Positions 1 through 13,179 of a stretch of DNA of 64,000 nt are shown piece after piece (the first letter of the stretch is position 1; each line of letters starts with the position of its first letter). Origin of the DNA: Phoronis australis (taxonomy: Eukaryota; Animalia; Phoronida); assembly GCA_002633005.1 (NCBI GenBank), contig NMRA01000920.1, positions 35,197 through 99,196 of the forward strand. The letters are read 5' to 3'. The notes under the pieces were generated by a model. That model had not been told where the DNA came from and ran no database searches. It saw nothing but the letters and a program-made list of their open reading frames with translations. Position numbers and translations under genes: made by a program.

Positions 1-259
1 GGATACCTACCCGTTTAGAGAGTGTACTCGGACAAAAAAGCGACCCATTTAGAGACTAATTTTGTGTAAAAATTTACCTTTTCGCACAGTTCTGTTCCAG
101 AAATTCAGAAAAGGCACCCTTTTAGATAGTATTTTTTCGAAAATGGCACCATTTTTGAGAGTGCTTATCGCTGTGTAAAAAACCCATTGGGCGGCACTTT
201 TCATATACCTCTTATATAGGAATGCCCTACAGGCCGACACGGCATAAGTCCGACTACCC

Positions 260-422
260 CTTATCATTTTTATTACACTTACATCACTGTTACTACTATT
301 ACTGCTATTGCTACCTTTACTACCATTACTGCTATCATACTAATTACTACTTTCGCTATTATTACCCGTTATCGGTATCGTTATCATCATCATCATCATT
401 ATTATTATTATTATTATTATTA
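260..422. repeat. Degenerate trinucleotide microsatellite (TAC/TAT/CAT)
   Basis: Runs of tactactat/catcatcat/tattattat; explains the Tyr/Leu-rich spurious ORF 222..476. Confidence 0.85.
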
Positions 423-2689
423 TGTTTAAATTTATCTGTCAAGGATACAGTTCAATATACACAATACATGTTTTAACAAAGTGCTAATACATCATGGTCT
501 TCAAAGATTGTAAAATCATCTCATTTATGGTTCATTGTTTCCACCGGGTTTCCCAAAATGGACAGCGAGTGCTATTTAAAAAGGATTGTAAAGGGGTTCC
601 TGTGCTCAGCCTTGACGACATTGTGAGAAATGTCTAGTCAGCTGTGGGTGCAGAGTAGGCCTACTTTTTGGAAATGAGGAGATTGAGATTTAAAATCTTG
701 TTTTCACGTTCGCCAACTTCAAAAATTTATTATTTCTGAACTATAGTTAAGCACGGTATTGTTTGCAAATATAACTATATCCTTCTGTAGTTTGCCACTA
801 AGAACTGAATTCGGACTGTAATCCTTTACATGCGACTTACATCTAAACTTGAGGATACCCACCGTGTTATCATTTTTGTCTCTTGTTGGACATTCCATTT
901 CAAAGAACTGGGTCTCGTTCTACAATGATGTGTAATTTCAAAAATGGCGTTAAATTATACTCTGGAGACATTTACCGAGAACTAGCGACTAGTCGGCTAT
1001 GGCTGCGGTCACCGGGTCATTAAAATAACTGGTAATTGACATACAAAACACGTAACAATTTTATGTGGAACGGGTCCCAATATTCTTAGAAGAACACAGT
1101 GATTTAAATGAGTGATTTAAATTATGTTTCATTGAAAGTGGGTTGTATGGAACAAAAACGGCCCACGTCGAAGTCAGCGATGTTTAATATGCGTTTTTAT
1201 GCGATGTAGCAAAAGGTTTAACATTCCCTTATCTGCGTAAAACCGCGCGTGTTGTTGGCAGGGAGCTGCAACACAAAAATGGCTCCTCATGAGACACGTG
1301 ACTTCACGTCCAGTAATACTAGAACGCCCAATATCTGTCTTTACTTGTATTTGCTTCGGATTAACGAGCATTAGCCGAATAGCAATTCTAATTGATATTT
1401 TATGTTGAAAGATACTAGAAAGAGAAAGTGCATGTTTTTGTAGTCCAAAAGGCTGATTGTCAGCTTTTTCGGACAATTGCCCTTTTTTAAAAACTATTTA
1501 CCTGGACCCAGTTTGAGCAAAATGGCCATGTCTCTTCAGAGTGTTAAAATATTTTCTATTTCTCCCGCTAGGCCTCACATTTTTACGTTTACACGTCACG
1601 GTTTGATTGGGTTGTTACCACTCCTATTTCAGACAGGTTTGACACCATAGGAACAATGATATTTCTTTCAGCTTTTAAGCTGCTGTCACTGTTTTAAACT
1701 ATAGGGCGACCTTTTGCTGTTGAAATGGCAAAAACTGTCAATTTGTCCACAAAGAAACGCGTTCTTTTATTTCCTTCCACCACTTTTTTCCTCCACAATG
1801 TCTTTAAGAAATTATCATTGGTAATTAAAGTCGTAGACACAACCCGTCGGCATCAAAAACTTTGGTCTTGTTCCTTTTGTGTGGAGCATTAGCGATTACT
1901 CCAAGACAATAAAACACTGGCTGAAATAAATCAAACTATCGTGGATTAAAACGAGTTTTTTCTATAAAACTGGCTTTCGAAATTGAATTCTCCGTGAAAA
2001 AACTGTTATTGTCGTTTGTTCTCGAGGAAATACGAAAAATATTAGCCAAAATACGATGTCATTGCTTCTGTTGTGCTTACCAAGGGAAATATGTCATACT
2101 GTAATGCCGTATACACAATTGGTTTATGACCTGTGAGCGCCAACAAAAATTGCAAGAACGCTTTAACAATAAAAATTGTTACCCGATCCTGAAAACTCCT
2201 TTCGTCTGGAGTTGAAACTATACGGGATACATTTTTGACTATACCAAGAAACTGCTCATGTTAAAAAACAGTGAACAGCACATAGGGACACATCTATAAG
2301 TTCGAGTTGGTACATGAGATAGAATTTCATTCAAACAATCGGTTAAAAAGGCGTTATGGGTGTGAACCGTTTTCCTCCGTGTGACACTGAAATACCATGC
2401 AAACTCATGAAACATGACGTCGGTTTCGTAAACTCCCTGTAACAATGGGACGTGCATTTGACGTAAATTGTAACAATTACATAATGTAACAACATGCTAC
2501 CTTTTAGGATAGGCCTAGCAACGTAAAATCTAACAATGACGTAAAATGTAATAGATGTTTCATTTTACGAAATTGTTGCATTTTACGGCCTATCAGGGCA
2601 CATACTAATGAGCAAATTATTAACTTTATTGGGGAAAGTGCCTCCGCAAATATTTCACAAATTTGCACATACTCTCAGATATAACATGC

Positions 2690-2832
2690 TTCTTATAATT
2701 GACTGCACTTGATTGACTTTGTAGGTTGCACCGTGGCTATCAGCTTCAACATCGGATTGGTCTATAAACCGGTAGTTGTCATCAAGAACCAAATAGATGT
2801 CTTAACCGGCGTGCGTTGCGTAGACGTAGATT
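2690..2832 (-). pseudogene. Candidate phase-2 exon following the 2944-3085 exon, with an in-frame TAA
   Basis: Acceptor ttttatcgcaag| then reads (R)IYVYATHAG*DIYLVLDDNYRFIDQSDVEADSHGATYKV; TAA at 2802-2804. Weak AAG acceptor; 3' limit approximate. Confidence 0.25.
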
Positions 2833-2943
2833 CTTGCGATAAAACCAAGAACTTCCAAGGCTTTGCGAGATATTGCCGAAGCACGCGATCACACTAGCTT
2901 CTTTAGCGAAATTTTCCGTCACGAAACCCAAACCCGTACTCAC

Positions 2944-3085
2944 CTGAGGCGATCACCTTGATAAGCGATAGAAAATAAGTAGGTTGCATCCATCTGGACC
3001 TTGCCTGTTTTGAATGTCACCTTGCCTTTGATAGGTTTTGGCTTCAGACGCTCCATGTGTTCTAAGACCACTGATGTTTTACCGT
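2944..3085 (-). CDS. Candidate internal exon of the mosaic lectin gene (unknown domain)
   Basis: Acceptor ttggttgacccag|, strong donor CAG|GTGAGT, open phase 1 to 2: GKTSVVLEHMERLKPKPIKGKVTFKTGKVQMDATYLFSIAYQGDRLR. Not in the ORF track. Confidence 0.5.
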
Positions 3086-4850
3086 CTGGGTCAACCAATA
3101 GGAAACATTATACGCGCGTACACACAGCAGTTCAGGTAAGCAATACGCAAGACCAAATGTGCCTGTCTCTCAATTTCAGTTATAGCACTGAGGTTGTCAG
3201 GAGTAGAATGACACTGATTTGGCCTTGGCTGCTTGTCCTGATGATGAAGTTTGAGACATCGAAACATGTTGAAATTGAAAAATCTCGTTGTTTTTATTAA
3301 CAATTTATGAGACTGTAAATAGCTACCCAGGCACGGATTAATGAGAATCAGAGTTTGAGTTACAGATGAGATGCAGATATAGAGTAAGACGTTATAGAAT
3401 CAACAGCTACAGCGTCAGTCAATAGAGAGCCAGCTACATGTATATGGAGACAGAAGGTTATTTGATCAACGATTGAAACATTGCTGGAAGTGTCTCAGGG
3501 GTTCATCACAAGCCAAATTCGCAGCACTAATCGGACCATAGAATAGACATTGCGTCGGAATTGCAAACGTATGGTCAAGATTAATTAAGTGCTTAACTAG
3601 AACCAGTCTCCAGTATATCCTCGCAGCAAAAGCTATTAGCACCGGTCATGGACGACCGGCGTCCAACCATCAAAGGGATAAAACATGACAATGGTCCACA
3701 CGGCTAGTGATAATCTGTTCAGAAGTTCAAGAGTCCCACTAAATAGTTTCATAAGGTTGGTAAAATTGACTTCGGAAGATGTCTACTGATAGGAGCAGAA
3801 ACTGTCAAGGTATTATGTTCTTTCCGGTTTTGAAAATAAGAATTTCCATGAGTCCACTGTGAGGTTGTGATTAGTGCAAGTGATCGAGTTGAACAATGGC
3901 CTAAAAGGTCCCCTACTCACCCATTTCGTGTTGACTAATGGGAAAAGTTAACATGCACACTCATATTATTTGAAATAATCATTATCTGCCTGTGACTTGC
4001 CGTGTCGAACAGTTTTCGAAAATGACGCGTTATGAAAAGAATTGAGCAAGTTTTGAATGAAATTCGCCGACTTCCTAGTCGTGAAAGTAGGCTTGACAGC
4101 AAAAATCTGTGACGATCCGAATGGTTTGTTCAACACGCTTTACAGGGCCGTAGGAGGAGCGGGGGGGGGTGGTCGGGGGCACGTGCACCTCAATAAAATT
4201 TGCAAGCGTCAGGGTTAAACCGTGGCAATCGACACAGGCGTGGGGTCGGGGACAGTCGAGAAAAGAAACACTGCGAAATACGGATACGAGAGATAACTCA
4301 GTAACAGTGTACGGTTGAGTAACCTGCCAGGACATTGTTGTTAGGGTCTCCGCACAGGTCGTGTAAACGCACTTGAAAACGTGCATCTAATCATTCATCC
4401 ATACATGTATATTTCGAAAAATCGAGAAAATTTGTAAAGCGAAGCTTTTTCGGAGCGCATTAATTTACTGGATTTTTAAATTCAATTAGACAAATTTGCG
4501 AATGCAAAACTGTATTTTCTAGAGGCCTCTGTGGCAAAGGATAACGAAGACAATTGTCGCATTACGTTTTTTTTTCGAAATTGTTTATCACTTGAGAAAA
4601 ATTGATGACCTGACAGATAACATCAGTTGCTGCGCATTTCCTGATTTTTGAATAAATCTTTTCATATTTAGGGGCCCAGTTCTTGAAGAGGGCCATTAAG
4701 GACATTCAAGGGGCCACCTTTTTTATTGACAAATTCTAAAGGGGCCGCTCAGGAGAGAGGACCCAATGTTGGAATCGATTACCTATATTTTCCTGTTTTT
4801 GTGAAATCGTGGAAATGATCTTTCACTCTCTTCTACGCTTAAATGTAAAC

Positions 4851-5192
4851 TATGCTAATGTATAGCAGGAACTAAACGACAATGCTATTTGAACATCATC
4901 TTAGCTAAACAAAGTGCGATTGTATTCATTGACAACTTGTAAAAGTGAACACAAAAAATTCTGCAACTAAGTGACGCACCTTCGGGCTCACATAAACCGC
5001 ATCATGCAGTGCTATTCCCCAAGACCACTTCAGGATACTTAGAGGACACGGTTGAGTGATTTAAGGCGGATCATTTTCCACACCAAACTCGTTCTTACAA
5101 ACATTTGGAAATTTCCAACCTAATTCATGTTCACATCGTCGCCGCTATATGTTGTGTTTCTAATTAATTTGACCAAGCAATCACAGAGATAA
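4851..5192 (+). repeat. Dispersed repeat, copy 1 (copy 2 at 21641-22212)
   Basis: Collinear similarity, e.g. gctaaacaaagtgc...tgtattcattgacaactt...ggacacggtt...aaactcgttctta...ttcacatcg...tttctaattaattt. Confidence 0.8.
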
Positions 5193-5879
5193 GTTCAACT
5201 TTAATGATGTTTAGCGTTTCATCTTAAGGTGTCCCATTTCAGATGAGACCCTCTCTCGGAAGGATAGTTCGAGGAAAATAACCCTTTGTCTCTCTATACA
5301 TATAAATTCGACACTGTCAAGTATTTAGGAGGGGAATTTGAGATTGAAAACACAAAACATTTCGTGAACAGCACAGCAATATCAAGACATTCCACCCAAC
5401 CAACCAAAAATATGAAAATACAATTGGATTGACCGCCATCGAACAGGTGCAACGTTGAAGAACGTAAAGACCACTGTGAATTACACAAAAGGACTAATTC
5501 CGATGCTTAGTTATAAAATAATGTTCATTTTTCCAATAGTATCACAAGAATAGTATTTCTTTTGAAAATCGATAAGAAGTTGTTTGTAAGGAATTTTCAC
5601 ATGTCAAAAAGACTGTCGGGGTTATGATTTGTGATGACCGTGTACATATCAAACTGGGGTACTCAACGTACTCTTGCAATCATAAACTAAAGATTTCAGC
5701 GTTTATTTTTGGAGTTCACGTTTAACTCGTGAACCGTTATAGGTACCTCTGAAATGAGCAACTTAATACGCATGCCCCGTGCCTCATGTTCCCCCGGTTA
5801 CCAGCCAAAACTCTGCAAAACTGCTTATAGCATTCCGTTCAGATAAACAAATTCGTTGATGACTGATTTACCTGTTTAT

Positions 5880-8112
5880 GCATCTACAAAAAAATAGGCT
5901 TGTAAAAAATTTCGCCAGTCCAGGTCTGTCAGTGACCTAGAATTTTACAAATCACGCAAGAGAAAGCACCGAAAGTTGATTAGAGTTAAGAAACAACCGC
6001 ATAATTCAAAGACATTAAAGACAATAAATAGCACAAATGATACAAAACAATTCTGGAATTTAGTGAAAGCAAACTTTCGCAAAAACAAGTCTATATCCTC
6101 GATCACGCTTGATATATGGTACCGTTATTTTGATGATTTACTAAATCAGAAAGTTCAGATCGGTAAAAATGTGCACAATAATGGTCTTCATGTTTTGAAT
6201 GCTCACAGCAACTTTTGCGAACACTGTGAGGCAAATGACCCGAATCTTTGAATTGTGGTTTTACTGTGACAGATCGAAATGGCTATTCAGTCGCTCTCCA
6301 GCGGAAAGGCGGCTGGTATTGATGGCTTGATTGTCGAAGTGTTTAAGTGCACCAGTAGTCAAGTAAGTCCTTTTTCTAGTGGCTCTACTAAACAAGATTT
6401 TGCACAGTGGTGGGTGATACTCGTAGGCATAGTGTGATACTATTTTGGTACCACTGTTTAAACAGGGGAATGTCAATGACCCTAATAATTATAGAGGAAT
6501 TTCCCTTCAGCCAGTGATTGGAAAAGGTTTTATTAAAATTTTAAATGTGCGCCTTACTGATTGGGCCATGGAGAATGATGAATTGTATGAATGCCAAGCA
6601 GAACTCCGAAACTTCTATAGCACTGTCGACCAAATTTTTACGTTGTCAACTATGGTTCAAAAGTAAATAAGCAAAAGCAAGGACATCGTTTCTACTGGAC
6701 ATTCATTGATTATTCTAAACCATTTGACAAGATTCCCCATCAGTTGCTTTGGCCCAGATTACAAAAAATGGAGTTCATGGTGATTTTTTAAAAAACTTTT
6801 ACACACAATGTATAGCAAACTTCGGACGCGTACGAGAACGCAGGGTAGTATAACTGATGTTTTTGAGTGCACTATTGGCCCTAGGCAAGGTTGTTTGTTA
6901 GGCTCTTTTTGGTTTACATTGTATTTGAATGAATTTGTAGAATGTATCCACTCTAGAAATGACGATGGTATTTTTCTAAGTCAAAATGTCTCTGATGTAA
7001 AAGTATCGATATATGCCGATGAAATGGCCTTGTGTGCTTACTCTACAGTGAAACTGTAAAAACTACCGTGTACTTAAAAGAAGTTCTGCCAGGAATGGGA
7101 CAAGTCTGTAAATTTAGTAAAAACCAAAATTACGGTGTTTAGAAACGGAGGTCTCATGAGAAATTGCGAGAGGTGGTATTTTGGAAATGAAAAACTGCAA
7201 GTGGTTTCCAGTTTCCAGTATCTTGGTGTTGCGTTCACGCCAAAGTTATTGTGGTCTATGGCTACTCAGACCCTGCCAGCCCATGCCACGAAGGTCGCCA
7301 TTACCAGTCGACAAGCTACAAAGAAGCTTGGGCATGTTTCAATTGCGTGTGGCTTTTTAGATTTTTGATAAAATGATTTTCCCTACCTTGTGCTATGGAG
7401 CCGAAATATGGGGCTTTAAAGAATACAACTGGTTTGAACAAGTCGTAACTCAAGAGCAGCTTACGACAGTTTGCTTGACTTAGGTCAAAATGGTCGTCAT
7501 TTCCGAAATTTGGCCACATCAGTTAGACTTATATTGTCAAATTATGGATTCCACGAAAGACGTTGTGTGTGCAAATACTTTTCTGCTAGTTTTTAGACAG
7601 CGGATAAGGGATTGTTGTGCAAGGATGGAGACAAGATTGTTGAGAGTAATCCTAAACTGTGTATTTATAATCAATTTAAAGAGAAATTTAAATTGGAAAA
7701 AAATTTAAGTGTGAGTATACCCCGTGCACAAATTATGTCCATGGCACGTTTTCGTTGTTCCAGTCACAGTCTCATGATTGAAGTAGGTAGGTACTTGAAT
7801 TTGGATAGGGCAAACAGTGTGTCCCTTCTGCCTCAATGTTATAAACGACGAGTATCATTTCATTCTAAACTGTGATAAATATTCTGAACTGAGCGAATAC
7901 TATATTGAAGTGTAAAGCTGGAATTTTCCATCTTTTTAAGTTCAATAGATTTATGTCAACAAGTGATGATGCTAAATTAGTCAATCTATGTAAATACGTA
8001 TTTTACGCTTTTCGTCTCCATGCCAGCCTGCTGCACTCTTAAGTATGTTACATGTTGTTCTTTTGTACAGTGGGCCTATTGCCTTTATTACATAAATAAA
8101 TTGATTGATTGA
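5880..8112 (+). mobile_element. Degenerate non-LTR retrotransposon (LINE) ORF2 / reverse transcriptase
   Basis: Frameshifted RT pieces: PLFKQGNVNDPNNYRGISL, STVDQIFTL, IDYSKPFD, GPRQGCLL, IYADEM (YADD), FQYLGV, RFRCSSHSLMIEVGR; ends in aataaa followed by (ttga)n tail near 8095-8112. Confidence 0.9.
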
Positions 8113-10489
8113 AAATCGATAGAATAAATGACTGTTGACAATTAAAAGCTAATTTTGTAAGCATTAATGATGTTTGAGTGAATTTAGTTGCAGCCTGAAC
8201 TTGAGAAACTCTATAGTACGACCCCCAAATAGTAAAGTACACTAAATGATATGCCTATCTAAAATACCTCTCAAAGACTTTGACGAAATATATAGACGCT
8301 GAGGTTGGCCAATAGTGAATTATATCAAATAAACACAGAAAAACTAGGACACACAGAGTCTATATATTTTACATCTAATTAACACACACTGGTAAATTGC
8401 TGATGATATAATTGTCCAAATCTCGTGCGAAAAAGGCGATTTTGAAACAGCTCCAGGGACACTATACCAGGGACCTCGGGACCTTATATTTTCAAAAAAT
8501 TCCTTCAAAGATTGATCATAATAAAACGAAGTTTTCCCGAAACGGCATCACAATAAAACGGATCTTGACCTTAGAGCCAGCGCAGACGGATAGATAAGAT
8601 GCCTGTCTCAAGTGAATCATAGCTGAGGTGACCAGCGACTAGCTTTAGTTAATCGAATTTCGCAATCTCTCTGTCAGTAGATCAGCTACATTTACTTGAA
8701 GCACCTCCAAGCTACTCGTCAGTGCGCTGGCGCCAGGTACATTCTTACTCTCCATGAATCTTAGTTGATTCACGGTTATTCAACTTCTGATGGCTGCATC
8801 CCCGGGATTGCCCCCAACCTATGGCGGACGTGGGAGATTCGGTACAAATATGGCGGCATCGGTAGCGTGGGGGGAGGTTGGTTGTGGAGGTGGTGGCGAT
8901 GGGGAGGGGGGGGGCGAATTTTGGCGAAGTCGAATTGGTATGTGCCCCCAATAATTTTTGCCTGTATTTAAATATTAAGACTAACTGATTCGTTTGAGAA
9001 TATCGACAGTGTTCCATAACTGGTCGACGGAATCAATGACATGTCAGCGAGTCAGAAATGATTCGTCAGACGCTAGGCGCGTTCCATTTTTATCGACAAG
9101 AGCGTTCGTCCACCATAAGTGTTTTGTGTAGCGAATTGAATGGACAGAATGTGCTTTTCACAATGGCCAGTTTGTGAGTAAAAACTGGGAACATATACCC
9201 AGTATGCCAAATGACGAATGTATTGTTCCTGTCCTAGGACCAATGTTACTACCAGCTCCCACCAGAGAACTAAATTTGCGCAAAGAAAGAGAAGCGTCTC
9301 CTTATAAGATTCTTCTCTGCCTAGATATTAAGTATTTTTGAGATTCAACCAAAATAAAATACTTCGAAGAGAGCTTGGATCGCAACAAACTGTTTCCTAT
9401 GGAAAGAACTTCGTTTTGATGAAATTAATCACGGTGTTTCAGAAATCATAATTCAAGAGTGGTCGAGATACTCCTACTCACTGCCAGGTTACAGGCCTGA
9501 AACCACATGGATACGTTGGAGCATATAAAGTCTATACAAGCGTGCGCAAACGAGGAACCTTAAATGTTAATAGAGAATTATATCACAGTTCATACTATAA
9601 CCACTAGGTGTCTCTGTAGCTAGCTTCCCACCACGGTGACTATACATTGATATTTCATAGAGGTAGGAATTATCATCTTTTCCACGTGTATTCTCTTTAG
9701 ATCTCGTTTATAGTATATTATACTTAAACTATCCAGTAAGCATGCTCTTTACTTGAACTTCTAGGTCTCCATCATTCTTTCAATAAAGGTTTGAAACGAA
9801 ATGACGAATGTTTATCTAGTTAACTTAAAACACTTTCAAGAAAACCTCGGTACCAATCTTCAGTGAGGAAGCCCAACAGAATTAATGTTGTATTGGTGGT
9901 GATGGTCGTGTGATACGTCGTTGCCGGCGAAAAACGTTACCGATGCGCAGAAAATACAAAAATCCTGCGACACACACATAACAGTTCTAGCACATGAGTG
10001 TAACGAAAGACATATTACCGGGTCCCACATTCGCCGTGCATCTGAATTTGATTGGCATTTTGGGGTGGTCGAATGCATTTAACTGTTCGATTACCACATG
10101 GTATGGTCGTCCTGAAAAGAGGCATCAATGCAATATGTCAGAGCTCTCGATGTAGAAATCAATTACAAAATATCAATTACATTTACAATGTGAATTGTAA
10201 ACGGCGACCCGTATCACATGGAATTTGACAGGGTAACTCGCATTACGATTGAACAGGGACGGCACCGCAGAATTGCAAGCGAAACGTGTCCATGCCTTGT
10301 TGTGATGGAATTTTTTGAGAATCGATATAATTTTTGATATGCTCCTATACATTCACCTTTGATGTAATTTTGATGTAACGTTCGTGTTCATTTGCAATCG
10401 AAAAATTACTATAATTTTACCCCATGCCAGAAAGGAAGATGCAATATGATAGATGTTGAACTGTAATCCTGCGTAATTAAGTTCCATCT

Positions 10490-10540
10490 GCGTGTGCGTG
10501 TGTGTGTGTGTGTGCACGCATGCGTGCTTGCGTGTGTCCA
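10490..10540. repeat. (GT/GC)n microsatellite
   Basis: cgtgtgcgtgtgtgtgtgtgtgtgcacgcatgcgtg. Confidence 0.8.
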
Positions 10541-10878
10541 CGCGTTTTTTATCATTTTATGGCAGGCTGGTGGTCTGTTCACATGGAAGAAATCCACCTC
10601 TTTCATTCATGTTTAAACTGAACAACAACTGTTGCATTAAATAACTCAAACTTTGAGCCTCTAGACTTTAATTGTGATTGACTCAGGCACACCGTAACAA
10701 TTACAGCAGCGTTTGTAGTAATATTATTCTTTCATAATTCTATCAACCAAACAGAATAAAATCCGTTTGATATACATAACAGTACAAGCATGCACACGGT
10801 TGCGCGTTTAATTAGTGACTGACACAAAAAACATCAGTCCAAAAAAACGTCTGTTAATAATAAAATTTCGAAACTTAC

Positions 10879-11055
10879 TGATACAATCATCAAGTTTGCC
10901 GTTCCAGTTATTTAGCGCAATGCACTTTCGCGTTATTGTGGTGGAACCCTTCGAGAAGAAATGAGGGAAACTGCACGAGAATGTTTGTGATACGCCTTTT
11001 TTGACTACCACCGTACGAGGATTCTGATTCTTCAAAGAAGCTTTGCAGGTATGGC
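10879..11055 (-). CDS. Exon: sushi/CCP domain 2 of the mosaic lectin gene
   Basis: ttttgttttcag| ... A|GTAAGT, 177 nt, phase 1-1; HTCKASLKNQNPRTVVVKKGVSQTFSCSFPHFFSKGSTTITRKCIALNNWNGKLDDCI has the C-C-C-W-C sushi pattern. Confidence 0.75.
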
Positions 11056-11119
11056 CTGAAAACAAAAACGTTTACCTCGTGACGGGTTGTCAGGTCGCTC
11101 GAACAGTGTCAGCTTGCCA

Positions 11120-12180
11120 AATATAACGATTTATTGAGAAATATACACATGGCCATAGGCCCCAAGTATATCATGTACAATACAGAACATTGTTAGGTGC
11201 CACGTTTCAAACTGGATAATACATTATGACGCTTGAGAGCGTGATGGACGAATTTAATAAGTAGGCTATCTGGAGTTCTCATGAAAGAATCAAATTTAGA
11301 TGTCGTGGGAGAATGACAAAAACGATCACTTAAGTACTTAACCCGAAGGTCTTGGTACGCACTGCAAACTAACACGAAGTGGTATTCGTCCTCTACACAC
11401 CCAGAATTACATAATTCATACAACCTGTTTTCATAGGGAATATTTGTGTGGCGACCTCTTTCCACTAGTAACGAATGATTTGAACATCGCAATCGAGTCA
11501 GAGACTGGATAAAAACACGTGGGATATCAAACATTTCTAGATAATTCTGAAGATGATACTTTGTTTTGTACCCCACATAGTAAGGCAGTTTTGCGTTACA
11601 TTCGATATCAGATTGCCAACCTTGCAAATAATAGTCGTTGACACGTTGAGAAAAAACAGTCAAGAAATACGCTTGATTTACCACACCCTAATTAATCCAT
11701 ACACCTGAAAAACCATACACAGACAGAAGTTTCCTTACAAAACTTGTCCAATTATAGGAAGATCTTCCGATCAGGTCTGACTGAAAAAGCATATCATATG
11801 CAGCTTTTACCCCACGATTACTAGGCATCTCCAGCATTTTAAACCAGTATTTTAAACAAGAAACAGAATATTTTGTTGGCAATGGGAATCGACCACATTC
11901 TCCCATAATTGCCGAGTTTGAACAACAACTGCCTACTCCTAAAATGCGTTTACAAAACTTGATATGTACATTTTCCGATTGTTCATATTCCTTAAAGCCC
12001 CAAATATCCTATTACTGCAACTCGCTTTCAAACAGTAACATTTTGACAACTTGTTGGCTTTCTATGTTACACCCAAAAGCTACATGTACGCTACATGCCC
12101 ATGCGTTGTCAACGTCTCCTTTAGCTCCATTACTTTAAACATGAGTCACTTTGCTAGGGTATCTGAGTTTTAGGTAACGA
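11120..12180 (-). mobile_element. 5'-truncated LINE (ORF2 C-terminal region)
   Basis: ORFs 11688..11906 and 11193..11684: MGECGRFPL, LKYWFKML, RLRCSNHSLLVERGRH...C...VEDEYHFVLVC; same superfamily as the 5880-8112 copy. Confidence 0.88.
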
Positions 12181-13179
12181 AACTAGAATCACCTCGAGAG
12201 GCTCAGCCATAAAAAAGAGTGAGGGCAGTCTGGTGTTTTGCAGTGCATCAGGCGTGCGCAAGCCACATTCTTGGGCCCATTGCACGAAACGCGTTGATTT
12301 TCATAACAAAAATTCACAATGCAAAAAATTTTATTTTTAAAGTGAACCCCCCTCGTTTTTTTCCAAGTTGGTTTACTTGGGGTTTACACACGCTGGCGGT
12401 GCCGTTTTTGTTTTGCTGGAGACGTTTTTGTTTTATTTTTTTCTAATTTTTGGGTCCTGGCCCGAGGGGGGGGGTTAAGCCCCCTGCACCCCCCGTAGAT
12501 CCGCCACTGGCCGCGCTGTCGATTATTTTATCCCCGTTTGCAGGCTGGTAACAGACACTGCGGTCGCACAGACGGCGTATCGACTAAGCCTGGGTTCCTG
12601 AATGAATGGTACTTCCGGGTTCGCGGTAAGTTCAAAATGGCGGCGTGTTCTTCAGGCGTGGGTTCAGTAGACGCTAGGACCTAGCTAAAACCTAGTCAAA
12701 GTCACGTGTTCTCATTTAAAATGCACGGCAATATCTCACGTAATCTCGGAAAGTCTTGATTTTTAGCGAGGTCCTAGCGTCACTGAACGGGAGGCAGGTC
12801 TTAATCGTGAGTGGCGCGTTTATTTAAACTTTAATCGATTACGGATTGTGTATTAGTTATGGGGTAGGCACTTCTTGGATCCTTATAACATCCTCTAACC
12901 ATGTAATAAGAGCTAACAACGTGTGCTGCTTGGACAAATTACACCGCAAATTATTACTTTACGCTGCAAATAATTACTTTACGCCGTTAAATTACGCCGC
13001 AAATAATTAATTTACGCCACTAATAAGAATTAATTTGCGCAGGTAATTTTACGACGACACTTTCCCCCAATGGCCCATCATAGTGTCCCCTCTATCGTCG
13101 GCATTCCTGTCCTGCTGTGGGACGAAAGGTGTGTCGTCCTGTTTTCGGTGCTTCGGAAGTCCGTCTGCCGTTTCTCTTA

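Noticed and set aside
222-476. Tyr/Leu-rich ORF
   Set aside because: Microsatellite translation.
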